DNA of 64,000 nucleotides from Vicugna vicugna (lineage: Eukaryota), in assembly GCA_013265495.1 (NCBI GenBank), contig MU057796.1:124001-188000 (forward strand). Reading direction: 5' to 3'. The translations under genes and the position numbers were made by a program. The stretch's first letter is position 1, and every line of letters starts with the position of its first letter. The notes below the pieces were generated by a model. The model made no database searches. It was not told where the DNA came from and saw only the letters and a program-made list of their open reading frames with translations. Positions 24,835 through 36,359 of the stretch are shown in pieces.

Positions 24835-25540
24835 GTAATACATATTCATTAAGGGAAGTTATAAAATATAAAGATACGTACAACATGAAATTAAAAAGAA
24901 ATCTTAGTCCCACCATCCAAGGATAATCATTGTTACATTTTGATCTATTCACATGTTTTTAAAAATGATTATGTATATGAATACATTATAAAAAGTAAAA
25001 AGCAGTGTAAATTCAAATACTTTGCTTTTATTTAAACTCACAGACACATTCTTATTGCAAACATGTAGCAGTACCTAAGATGGCAAAAGTTTCCCCTCCT
25101 GCCTAATCTCATCAACATTTTACCACAGAGATAACCCGCTGTTAACAGTTAGCATGTACCCTTCCAGATTTTTCTATTTATGTGTGTTTTTATTTTTACA
25201 AAAATAATACACATTGTTATGCAACTGATATTTCCACCAAATATATTTTGGATAACTTCCCACATCATGTCAATCTACCTCTTTCATTGAAACCTACATA
25301 GTAATGTTGTTCAAAAATGTAGCAAAACTTTTTAAACCAACCTCCAGTGATGATCCTTGAATTGCTTCCACTTTTGCTCCTATAAGGATGTTTGCAAAGA
25401 ATGTTTTTGTACGTACATATTTCGATATTTATACATGTTTTACTGCAAGACAGATCCTAGAAGTGAAAATGCTGGGTCCAAAGAATGCCTGCCTACATTT
25501 TATTAGATGCTGCCAAACTACCCTCTGAAATATTCTCTAA
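24835..25540 (-). mobile_element. Old L1ME-like fragment
   Basis: cagagataacccgctgttaacagtt, atcctagaagtgaaaatgctgggtc, tagatgctgccaaact. Confidence 0.6.
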
Positions 25541-25799
25541 TTAGCTCTTAAAAATGAATTTATTTGGATCAACCTTATTGAAAATTAGTAGAGTTTTAGT
25601 AGAGGATGAACATAAAACTACTATTCTTAATGTTAATAGCTTGGCAGTATATTGCAGGGTCAAAATTACATCCCATATTGACTTTTAGATTTAGTATGAG
25701 TTTATTGCTTATTTTCTGAACAGAATCTCTCTCCCTTTGAACATGGTCCAATTGTCCTTGATGTCTCCATAAGTAGACACTGAACTTCCCCATAAGAAA

Positions 25800-26030
25800 A
25801 GCAGCGTGCCATGGTGACTTTGGAGCCAGACAGATTACACTTGACTCCTACCTCTTCTAATTGTTAGCTGTGTGTCCTTGGGGAAATTACCTGACTTCTC
25901 TGAGGCTCAATTTTTCTTTTCTGCAAAATGGAAAAATAGCAATAAACACTACTTTGTAGGGAGGTTCAGAAGATCAAGTTAAAACTCTTTTTCTACAATG
26001 CCTAGCACACTGGTGCTTAGCACTTGTTAG
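25800..26030 (+). mobile_element. MIR (MIRb-like)
   Basis: ctttggagccagacag..tagctgtgtgtccttggggaaattacctgacttctctgaggctcaattt..tgcaaaatgg. Confidence 0.8.
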
Positions 26031-27189
26031 TTCATTTTTAAGGAAGTGGTACATGTAGCTCCAGTAAGAATGATGTCTACTACTGATTATGATCCAAGAA
26101 AAAAATACTGGAAGAGAGATGCCAGACCAAAAATCCTATTTTCCACATCAGGCAGGGTCCTAGCCTTAGTTAACCCTAGAAGAATTTAACCCTTATCATT
26201 CATTTTCCCTAATAGCTGCAAATAAAAACAGAATGGAAAAGGAAGTCCTCAGGACTGCAACCTGTTGTATCTTGAGTCCAAAGGTGATCTTTCCATCACC
26301 TGTTGGTTGACAGGGTTATTTATAATCAGCAACTTTAGGATGGACCAGACCAGGAACACTCTGCAAGGATGAAGGCAGCAGAGAATGTGGTCCGTCATTC
26401 TTGGGTAACTGAAGTCAGCTACTTGGCTGTAATCAGCACTTTCTGAAGTAGCGCAACAATTCTTGCTCCCTGTGGATACACCAAGAGCTCAAACTTGTCA
26501 TGAAAAGGTAATGGCAAGAAATTAGAGAAAAGACTGAGTGACAGTAATTGGAAGTCATTTGAGTAGAAAGGATATGAAAAAGTAGCTTTTTATTATTAAT
26601 TTTCTTTGTATAATATAAATGATCATTTGTAACACATTTATTTTGACAGTAGTCCAAAACTTTAAAGATATTCCCATGAACCAGTTGTAAACTGTGATAA
26701 TCAATTTCTTGACGCTTATACTGATTAAGGAAATTATTCATCTACTATATTTTTCATCTCAGATATTTTTCAAATGTCACTTAAGTCTCTGAAGTTTAAA
26801 AAAACCTTGCTATTAACCAGTACGCATAGTAAATGTAAAACTGATGGCACAAATATTATGAATAGTACTTCTTAGGACAAAATTTGATTTGTTTGAAGGC
26901 AGATGACATTATAAAGGATAGTCAAGATGTCAGTAGAGGGAGTTGATATGCTACTTGATTTCCTTAGCATCTTTGTCACTTTATAGATTGAGATATGATT
27001 GATGGCTACATTAATATAGAAAGTATGTTAATATTAGAACAGGCTTTAAGATCCCCTACTGGAAAATTCTCCCCCTCCTCAAATTGATATGATTGGGAAT
27101 AACGTGCCCTAAGGATACAATGCTTCCTAGACTGCCGGCTCTTTGATGTAAAGACTCTTGCTTCATTTTTTTTTATTTTTTAGAAAGTT

Positions 27190-28185
27190 AAATCTAATTT
27201 TTAGAGGTATACTTTATATATGATCAAATGCACCTATTTTAAGAGTACGTTTCAGTAAGTTTTGACAAATGTATACAGTCATGTAACCACCACCACAATC
27301 TAAGTATGAGATGTTTTCATCACCTCATTACCGTAAAGATTCTCTTTTGTCTCTTCCCAGTCAGCTCCCTCCCTTCCTCAGCCCTAGGCAACTGCTACAC
27401 TATTTTCTGTCACTATAAATTGGATTTGTTCTTCCTAGAGTTTTATATAAATCAGTTCTTACAGAGTAGGGTATTCTGAGCCTGACTTCTTTCACTCAGC
27501 ATAATGCTTTTGAAATTCATTCACATTGTTGCATATATCTGTAATCAGTCCTTTTTTTTTTTTGGCTTGTTATTATTCTAGTATATGAAGATAGCATATG
27601 TGTGTATCCATTCTCCAAACACTTGATGATAGACATTCAGTTTGTTTCCACTTTTTGACTGTCATAAATGAAGCTGCTTTATATGTTCATGAATAAGTCT
27701 TTGTGTGAACATATGTTTTTATTTCTCTTCAGTAAATAGTAGTATGGTAGGATGCCTGGTAAGTGTATATTTAACTTTATAAGAAACTGTCAAACTCTTT
27801 TCAAAAGAGGTTGAACAATTTTATATTCCCCCCACCGGTTGTTCTATATATACTTCGGTATTGTCAAGTCTGTTTAATTTTGCTCATTCTAATGGGTGTG
27901 TAGTGAAATCTCATTGTGGGTGATGACTAATGATGTTGATCATCATTTCATGTGCTTACTGGCCATGCATATATCTCCTCTTGTGAAGTGTCTGTTGGTA
28001 TCTTTAGCTCTTTTTTAAAAAATGGGGTTGTTCATCTTGTAAGAGTTTTTTTTAATATATTTTATATTTTTATATTTTTTATTTTTAGATAGATAGTTTC
28101 TCCAGTCTGTGGCTTGCCTTTTCATCTTCTTAATGTTGTCATTTGAAGATCAGAAGTTGTGAATTTTGATGAAAGGGGACTCTTT
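27190..28185 (-). mobile_element. L1MB-like 3' fragment
   Basis: ttttgacaaatgtatacagtcatgtaaccaccaccacaatc, cagccctaggcaac, ctttcactcagcataatg, aagaaactgtcaaact. Confidence 0.8.
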
Positions 28186-28639
28186 TTAATACCTGCTTTT
28201 TCCCCTTCACAGCTTTGAACTTTGAATAGAGCATTTTGAACGTAAAAGTGGACCCTTAGTGAATCTTTATTGACAGACTGGGACAAGCAAAAATGTGAGC
28301 ACTGTATTGAGAATTCTGCCTTAAATATTGACGCCCTGGCTTCCATTATGTAAATTATGCAAATTTTTAAAAGCAAGTCATAAAAAAGAAAAAAAATATG
28401 GCTGCTTCCATTTTACAGAAAAATAATCTGAGGTGTGAAAAACTGAAGGACTAAGTACATGACCTAAAGTGACTGAGGCAGAGCAGGGAATGCAGTGAAA
28501 CTAATTGGTCACAGTGATGGGTCTAATCCAAGCCCTTAAGGTCCATCGCCTGGTGCCCCAACCCACTGAGCTAAATAATTACAGCAGCCTAGGGCCGGAA
28601 GGGATCCACCCACCTCTGCTCATATTGTTTCTTGTCATT

Positions 28640-28865
28640 TTATGTTGTTTCTTTTCTTTCACCATGCTCCCTCCCTTCTTTCCTTTTCTTTTCTTTTTTT
28701 CCCCTCTCTCTCTCTTTTTTTCCTGCCTTCAGCTCCATGTGTGCTTCATTCAGCTCTGCTTATGTAGTTCTTTCTGTCTCCTTTCTCTCTTCCTCTTTCT
28801 CTTCCTCTCTCCCTCCCTCCCTTCTGCTCCTTCTGCCCTCCTTCCCTGCCCCTCTCTCTCTCCCT
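28640..28865. repeat. Polypyrimidine (CT-rich) low-complexity tract
   Basis: Read directly. Confidence 0.85.
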
Positions 28866-29606
28866 ATCTTAAAGGAGGAACTCATCTTTTATAACTAATC
28901 AAAGCCCAATTTTCATGTTGGGCAGGAAAACATACATTTGCTTATGTCTGTATAATCTCCTGATGGGGGTAGAACCAAAAGCAAAAACCAGAATCCACTT
29001 CAGTGCCCCAGCCACCAGCTAGGGTGGCAGTGCTGACTGCTTAGATGAGTCAAGTAGGAGGGAAAAAGGTCACCTTGGTTCAGGTGAAAATTCTGATATG
29101 TTCTTCTTGGTTTTGTTGTTTTATCTTTTAAGTTTACTGGCAATGATTATATTCCTATTACAAAACCTCCATAAAACAGCAGCCACCTGGATAGATTTTT
29201 AAAGGAGTGATCTTTTTATTAGAAATCTCATTGTATGTCCCTGCTTCAAAGTTGGATGAAGTGCTCAATCCTTAAGGCAGGCTGCAAGATCCTGCATAAT
29301 TAGGCTCTCTGGTCCTCAACTCATCTTGGTTCACTCCCTCATGTTCCATTGTTTTCCCTCCTTCCTTCCTTCCCTCCTCCCTCCCTCCCTCCCTCCCTTT
29401 CTTCTTTTCTGTCTTCGTACCTATTACAGGCTTTTCCCTGGAGTCCTCCCACTATGTCAGACTTTCTTCTTCCTCCAATTGGTCTTCCTTCGACTCCTCT
29501 CTTCACCCACCTTTGTCTTCATAAGAACTATGTATCTTTAAAAAAAAAGTATACATGCTTGAGATAAACTCGAGCAACGCAAAGAAGTTCAAAATACAAT
29601 GAAAAA

Positions 29607-29739
29607 GGGGGGAGGGTATAGCTCAAGTGGTAGAGTGCATGCTTAGCATGTATGAGGTCCTGGGTTCAATTCCCAGTACCTCCTCTAAGAATAAATAAAT
29701 AAACCTAATTACCTCTCCCTCAAAAAAGACAAAAAAAAA
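29607..29739 (+). mobile_element. Vic-1-like SINE with TSD
   Basis: ggggagggtatagctcaagtggtagagtgcatgcttagcatgtatgaggtcctgggttcaattcccagtacctcc. TSD acaatgaaaaa at 29596-29606 and 29740-29750. Confidence 0.93.
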
Positions 29740-30199
29740 ACAATGAAAAAAAAAAACCCACCACTAAGAAATAACTATTATTCACATTTAAGATTATTTA
29801 CAACTTTGTTTATATATACGCGCATCTACAAATACATATGCATACTTTATGTGTATATATATGTTTGCATATACACAATACACATATGTAATATAATTGT
29901 TATAGTACATATATAATGCATATACACATATATATACAAATAAAATGTGCTTTCTGTGTATTTTTACATAAATACAGCATCGATTCTTAAACCTTTAAAA
30001 AATAGGGTTATATTATTCATAGTATTTTAGGTTGAAAGTTTTACACTTATTTGAATTTATATTTTAAAAAAGCTGAAGGGAAACTGAAAGAAGAGGTGAA
30101 CTTCCAGACACAGGCTTCTTCACCATAAGTAATATTACTTCCTAGAAAAATCCTCTACAGTTAATAAAAGCACAAGATATTAATAGACTCATTCTGCTT

Positions 30200-30655
30200 T
30201 GAAACAGCTTTAGTGAAGTGCAATTGACAGATAAACTGCACATACTGATGTTAACGTACGGTTTGGTAAGTTCTGCATCTGTACACATGCACGTAACTGG
30301 GACCATACTCATGATGGTGAACATATCCTTCACCCCCAGAAGTTTCTCTGTGCCCTTTGCAAGTCTCTTTCTTTCACCTCTCCCTGAATTTCTCATGCAG
30401 TCAAAGGGATGGGCTTTCTGTCATATTTTGAATTTTCCAGAATTTTATGTAAGTGGAGTCATACACTATGTACTCTTTTTTGTCTGGCTTCTTTCCCTCA
30501 GCATAATTATCTTGAGATGCATCTGTGTTGCTGTGTCCATCAAGAGCTTGTTCCTTTTCATTGCTGCCTAATATTTCACCATATGTATGTATTATAGTTT
30601 GTTTATCGCTGCCCACGATGGGCACTTGAGTTGTTTCCAGCGTGAGGCTGTTACA
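30200..30655 (-). mobile_element. L1MC/MD-like 3' fragment
   Basis: caattgacagataaactgcacata, gtctggcttctttccctcagcataattatcttgagat, gatgggcacttgagttgtttccag. Confidence 0.75.
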
Positions 30656-30656
30656 G

Positions 30657-30820
30657 TGATAAATTGGACTTTGTCAAAATGCAAAATGCCTGTTCTTCAA
30701 AAGACATTGTTAAGAGACTGATAACAAACCACAGAGTAGGAGAAGATATTTACAAAGCACATATCTGATAAAGGCCTTCTATCCAGGATCTAGAAAGACA
30801 ACTGAAAACTCAAGAAAATG
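30657..30820 (+). mobile_element. L1 ORF2 C-terminal fragment in the opposite orientation
   Basis: gataaattggacttt..tcttcaaaagacattgttaaga..ggagaagatatttacaaagcacatatctgataaagg. Confidence 0.7.
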
Positions 30821-31449
30821 GCAACTTCTTATAATTTTTAAAAACCATCTACTTTGATTTTGACAGAATCTTCTAACTCCTTGCTATGAAAGATGAGGAA
30901 ATTAGCACTCATGCTTCCTCCTGTGATTTCTCCCTCCTCTTCCTATTTTTGTGGTTATTCTAGTATTTTCATGTTGTCAAAGTTGATAACATTTTCATTC
31001 TGGCCTGTAACCATAATTCCCCCTATGTTTATTCTTAGTCCTTTATCTAAATGGATTCAATTCTCATGGCTATTTCTTCCACTATGGCTTCCTAAAGTTT
31101 TGATTTTTTATTCATGACTGGCTGAGTCTTGTTAGCAAGCAACTTTGTTCAAAAAGGGCTGACAGCACAAGCTCCCTACGTTCTTGTGTGCTTGACTATA
31201 GCTTTCCATTCTTTTTTTTTTTTGACATAGCTCAGTTTTATTGATTATAAAATTGCTACAATACTTTATTTTTTTAACTTTTTTATTGATTTATAATCAT
31301 TTTACAATGTTGTGTCAAATTCCAGTATAGAGCACAATTTTTCGGTTATACATGAACATATATATATTCATTGTCACATTCCTTTCTCTGTGAGCTACCA
31401 TAAGATCTTGTATATATTTCCCTGTGCTATACAGTATAATCTTGTTTAT

Positions 31450-32069
31450 CTATTCTACATGATCAAGCCTGGAAAATGTTCCATGTGCACTTGAAAAGAA
31501 TGTATATTCTATTTTTGGGGGGTGTAATGCTCTGAAAATATCCACCAAATCTAATTTTTCTATTGTATTATTTAATTTCTCTATTGCCTTATTTATTTTC
31601 TGTCTGGAAGATCTGTCTAGTGATGTTAATGCAGTGTTAAAATCTCCAACTATGATTGTATTCCCATCAATATCCCCCTTTATCTCTATTAGTAATTGTT
31701 TTATGTACTTAGGTGCTCCTATATTGGATGCATATATATTAATAAGTGTAATATCCTCATCTTGTATCACTCCTTTAATCATTATAAAATATCCGTCTTT
31801 ATCTTTCTTTATGGCCTTTGTTTTAAAGTCTATTTTGTCTGAAATCAGTACTGCAACACCTGCTTTTTTGGCTTTTCCATTTGCATGGAATATCCTTTTC
31901 CATCCTTTCACTCTCAATCTATATGTGTCCTTCTCCCTAAAGTGGGTCTCTTGTATGCAGCATATTGAAGGTTCTTGCTTTATTATCCACTCTGCCACTC
32001 TATGTCTTTTGACTGGAGCATTTAGTCCATTAACATTTACAGTAATTAATGATAGATGTGTGTTTATTG
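31450..32069 (-). pseudogene. L1 ORF2 APE endonuclease domain, open but truncated before the SDH motif (start lies in the gap)
   Basis: About 206 uninterrupted codons, AINTHLSLITVNVNGLNAPVKRHRVAEW...HGTFSRLDHVE*. Confidence 0.88.
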
Positions 32070-32131
32070 NNNNNNNNNNNNNNNNNNNNNNNNNNNNNNN
32101 NNNNNNNNNNNNNNNNNNNNNNNNNNNNNNN
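32070..32131. other. Assembly gap (62 N)
   Basis: Run of N. Confidence 1.
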
Positions 32132-32689
32132 TGATGCTACAGAAAGAAAAAAAAATACTCTATTTTCTTGCTTCCCTCTCCCACTCTTAATGATTTAAAT
32201 GTCTTCTTTTAGAATTTCGTGTTTATTTTATTTGTAATTTATGAGTTATCGCCTTCCCAGTTATGGGTTTCTCCTTTCTGTAGCATCCTGCTTCTTTTCG
32301 AATGTGTCTTGGTGTTATCTGTGGGAGAGGGTGAGCTATGTGTGTCCTACTACCCCGCCATCTTGGCCTCTCCTCCAGTTCCTAGTCTTAAAAGTGGGTC
32401 TAACAATATCTACTTTGCAGAATTGCACACTAGGGTCCGCACAGTCAGGCCCGTTCTCGCAGGTTCTGCGGGGAGCTTGAATGCCGCCCCCACACGGCAC
32501 CTTCCGCTGTTCCCAGGGACCCCCAGCCTGTCCAGAACATGTACCAGGGGCACCGCAGATGCTCACTGCAGTGTCTGCACACTGAGGCTTGGGAATTGCA
32601 GGCGCACTGCAGAAAGGGGTAAGGTGCCCAGACTTCAGGAAATGGTAGGATCACGGCCCAGGAGACCCAGAGCCTCTGAAGCACAGAGC

Positions 32690-32860
32690 GCCCTGCTCCA
32701 CGTGAGGAGAGCCGCGGAACTGCCGGGGGCATCTCGGTCAAGTCGCTCAACTGCGCTGCGCCCGGGCGGGCGGACGCCCCCGGCTGAGGAGGAGCCCCCA
32801 GTCCGCTCGTCCTGAAGTCGGACCGAAACGCTCCCGCGAGCGCGGCCGGCTCCATAGCCT
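32690..32860. promoter_or_regulatory. Small intergenic CpG-rich patch (candidate regulatory element)
   Basis: Dense CpGs, E-box CACGTG at 32699-32704, GC box at 32764-32773, CTCF-like motifs. Confidence 0.4.
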
Positions 32861-33411
32861 TCCATTCTGGATCCTGGCTTCCCGTTGCTGTTTCTCTTGG
32901 TCATTAGCTGTGTCTGCCCACCATCCCGTAGCTCTCAGCTGAAAATTCAGTGTCTTTTAAGCGAGGCTTTCCATGACTTTACGATTGGGTTAATATACCC
33001 TTGTACTTTCCCCTCAAGTTAAATTTACTTCATTAAATTAAAACAAGTTAATTAAGTGTGTGATTTTTGATAATGGTCTGCCTAAACAATATACATTTCA
33101 AGGGTAAAAATCATATTTGCTTTATGATAGCAGTGATACACCTCCTAGCACGGTTTTATGGCTCAAAGTAGGTTCTCAGTTTGTCTGTTCATTTATTTAA
33201 TAAATATTTATTTTTTGAAAAGCTGGAGATATAGCAGTAAATAAAACAGACCAAAAAAAAAAAAATCCTACCCTTACGGTGCTTACATTATGTTGGGGAA
33301 GGGGGAGGCAGAAAATGAACAAATAAACATATATAGTATATAGAATATTATAGAGAAAAATACATAATAAATTTTATGTAGATAATCTATATATAAAAAT
33401 ATATAGTATTT

Positions 33412-33768
33412 ATAAAAAATGAGACAAATGAACTTATTTACAAAACAGAAAGAGACTCACAGACATAGACAACAAACTTGGTGTTTACCAGCAGGGAAAG
33501 GGGAGGGTAGAGGGATAAACAGGGAGTCAGGATTTGCAGGTACTAACTACTACGTATAAAATAGATAAACAGCAAGATCCTATTGTATAGCACAGAGAAC
33601 TATACTCAACAGGCTATACTATCAATAGCCTATAATAAATATATCAATAGCCTATAATGGAAAAGAATATGAAAAGGAATATATATATATAACATATATA
33701 TAACTGAATCACTGTGCTGTGCACCAGAAATTGACACAACGCTGTAAACCACTTATACTTCAACTTAG
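33412..33768 (+). mobile_element. 5'-truncated camelid-type L1 3' end
   Basis: acaaatgaacttatttacaaaacagaaagagactcacagacatag...aactgaatcactgtgctgtgcaccagaaattgacacaac..atacttcaa. Confidence 0.85.
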
Positions 33769-33781
33769 AAAAAAATGTAGT

Positions 33782-34001
33782 TTGAGATTTGTAGATACTG
33801 ACAGGTATATATAGAACAGATAAACAAGTTTATACTGTATAGCACAGGGAAATATATCCAAGATCTTGTGGTAGCTCATGGTGAAAAAGAATATGAAAAT
33901 GAATATATGTATATTCAGGTATGACTGACAAATTGTGCTGTACACCAGAAATTGACACAACCTTGTAAACTGACTATAACTTAATAAAAAAAAAGAAACC
34001 A
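33782..34001 (+). mobile_element. Second 5'-truncated L1 3' end with TSD
   Basis: TSD aaaaaaatgtagt at 33769-33781 and 34002-34014. Confidence 0.85.
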
Positions 34002-34679
34002 AAAAAAATGTAGTATATAGAGAAGTTTAGAGAAAAATATAGAAATAGAGCTTATGGCAATCTGAGATAAGGACCGTGTAAATGGATTGGCCAAGGAAAG
34101 CCATAGCAGCAAAGTGATATTTAAGAAAAACCCGGAGGAGGCAGTAGGCACTTAGGACCAGAATGAAGATGATAAGGGGGAAATAAAAACTGTAACTGAA
34201 AAAATATGAGGAGGAAGGAAGCAAGTTGAGAATGGATTGCTCATCTCTCCCTTATTACACAAGTCCACGTTCAAACAGGGATTTATTCTGAACTAACGTA
34301 GCAGAAATGCAATGTAGATTTCCTGACTCACTTTTTTCCTCCAACCATTCCCTGATCTTGACCAAGGAAGGGAAAGGTGTTAGAAGGCACCCTTGGGCCT
34401 CTGAAGACTGCCAGATCTCAGTCACCAACTGGGGGAAAAAAAGTAACAAGAAACTCTCAAAAACAAGGAATGGTAGTGAAATAACTCCCAAAAGGTGAGT
34501 CGCTTCTGTTTCCTGTTTATTTCAGAATAAGGTAGATAGAGAGGACTTACTCATTCTTGCAGTATCACAAGCACCTGCCATGTGCTGTGAACTGCAGAGA
34601 GTCCTGGAGATGCAGCATTTAGCAAAGCGGGCAAGGTTCTGTCTTGCCCTAATCAGGCTTCCTGCTTAGTGATTAACAT

Positions 34680-35110
34680 TTGAAGATCACATACTAAGAT
34701 TCACATCACAGAAATTGGCAAGCACAACCAATCTGAGCTAGATTTGTTGTTCTCTGGACTTTCTGGACTTAAATGATGGAGAAAATATTAACCATGTGGA
34801 TGGAACTGAAAAGTCTGTTGTATTTGTAGCTACTGCACTGTGAGTAGCACACACACAAAAATGCAGTGTTCTCGTATTCAAAAATTATTACCTGATTCAG
34901 CAAAGGAGTCATTCATGTCACTGATAAATGAGTGAAATTCCAACATATGTCTTCTTTGTTGTTTCACTTTTTTCTTACTCATTAACGTAAACAAAAATAT
35001 CAACCAGCATTCATGTCAGAATTCTGCTCATTTATCATCTGCGGCTGTAGCTCGTGTACAGATAGAGGAATTCGTCAGAAGTCAACAAAAGCATTCACTA
35101 CAAAGGATTG
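34680..35110. mobile_element. Zaphod-like hAT-Tip100 fragment
   Basis: ttaaatgatggagaaaat, gattcagcaaag and ttactcattaacgtaaacaaaaatatcaaccagcattcatgtc resemble the recalled Zaphod consensus. Confidence 0.55.
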
Positions 35111-36231
35111 GCTCACGTTTCAATCCACTGTTGTTTCCGTCCACAGCATCATTGTGAGGTGAAAATCAAAAGTCAGAAAGGTAAATGCTCTGCGCTGCCT
35201 GTTGATTTGTAACCAAACGGGCATCTCCATCATGGCCCAGGGTGGGCAAAACTGATCTACGCAGCAGGGTTAGGGAGTCTTCGTAGCAACACTGAGTCGC
35301 CAGCCAGTATGAAATACAACTTGCGTATCAGGAGGTGGCTAGACTCCATTATGAGCTAGATCAGTTGAGTCAGTCTCTCTCTCTCTCTCTCTGCTGATGC
35401 TAACATTGGGCTACTGATGGGTGAGACGTCTGGCTAGTTCCAGTGATGGAGTCGGTATTCATATTATAGCTTTAACTCTGTGAGAAACTGAGAGCCCCTG
35501 GCATCTCTGATCCACAGTCCAGCCACTGACTTGCTCTTTAACACACACACACAAATGTTAAATAAAGAGGTGGTGCGGCAGCTTCACTTTGGTTGGGTTA
35601 TTGAGTCTTTGCATCTAATGTCCCTTTCTCTTGACATTGTTTCATGTGCGTGTGAATTTAAGCCATAAATACTATGTCAAAAAAAGGAGCAAGAAAGTTG
35701 AAATTCTGTAATAGTCTAGGAAGTCACCTCTTTGAGAAAGTATCTATGCTTTACAGCAGAATTTACCAGCATGACCAAAGAGTGGGTTTCTGAAATGTCT
35801 TATTTTATGGTGGATGAAATATATTGTTGGATGACCCGGGCACCCTGGATATCACACTTTGCTTCCAGTGCTTGCTAATTCTGGGCTTTGTGGATTTAGG
35901 CTAATGATGTAACTTCAGACTGAAGGCATGAGAAGATGGTGGGGAGAGGGGAGGAGGAAGAGGCAGAACTTTTCTTCAGAGTCTCTGGGACTGGTTCAGC
36001 AACAGGTACAGAAGACACCCAAAGATGGGTGATGTGACAGATTAGATGGCAAGGCTAGACTGGGGATTCCCAATTAGATCAAAGATCTGTCTGTGAAAAC
36101 CCTCAACGTGCCATTTTACTAAATGCAAGAAAATGCATTCTTTTGGAAGTTTATTGCTAACCTGAAAGCATTCTGGAAGTGATGGTAGTTCACTAAACCT
36201 GCTTTGGCTCATTCTTTTACTAAAAAAAATT

Positions 36232-36312
36232 CATATATATATATATATGTATTCATATACATACATACACATATATACACACATACACACACAAATACAT
36301 ACCTCTCTATAT
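36232..36312. repeat. (TA)/(CA) compound simple repeat
   Basis: Read directly. Confidence 0.85.
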
Positions 36313-36359
36313 AGATGAATAGTTAGGTAGCTAGGCAGAGATGCATGACTCATGGGATG

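Larger units (their letters stand above)
31265..32376 (-). mobile_element. Internally deleted young L1: 5' terminus + spacer-like segment + ORF2 endonuclease + 3' terminus
   Basis: 5' end ggaggagaggccaagatggcgg (32376 downward). EN frame 32069-31450 contains NVNGLN, CCIQET, NIYA, GDFN and SRLDH. The 3' terminal ~190 nt are similar to the L1 ends at 33782-34001. Confidence 0.85.
33188..34240 (-). mobile_element. L2 3' portion interrupted by two L1 stubs
   Basis: ttcatttatttaataaatatttatt..gctggagatatagcagtaaataaaacagac..gcttacatt; resumes after 34014. Confidence 0.6.

Noticed and set aside
29607..29680. tRNA-like sequence with A and B boxes (also at 8097, 10665 and 24255)
   Set aside because: The copies have shared SINE tails, A-rich ends and in three cases clear TSDs, so they are SINEs rather than tRNA genes.
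32445..32855. 136-aa minus-strand ORF in the CpG patch as a possible retrogene
   Set aside because: No recognisable protein, and no poly(A) tail or TSD seen.
33100..33260. Tail-to-tail L2 ends as a possible miR-28/miR-151-type hairpin
   Set aside because: The minus-strand L2 lacks the segment complementary to the plus copy, so no long stem can form.
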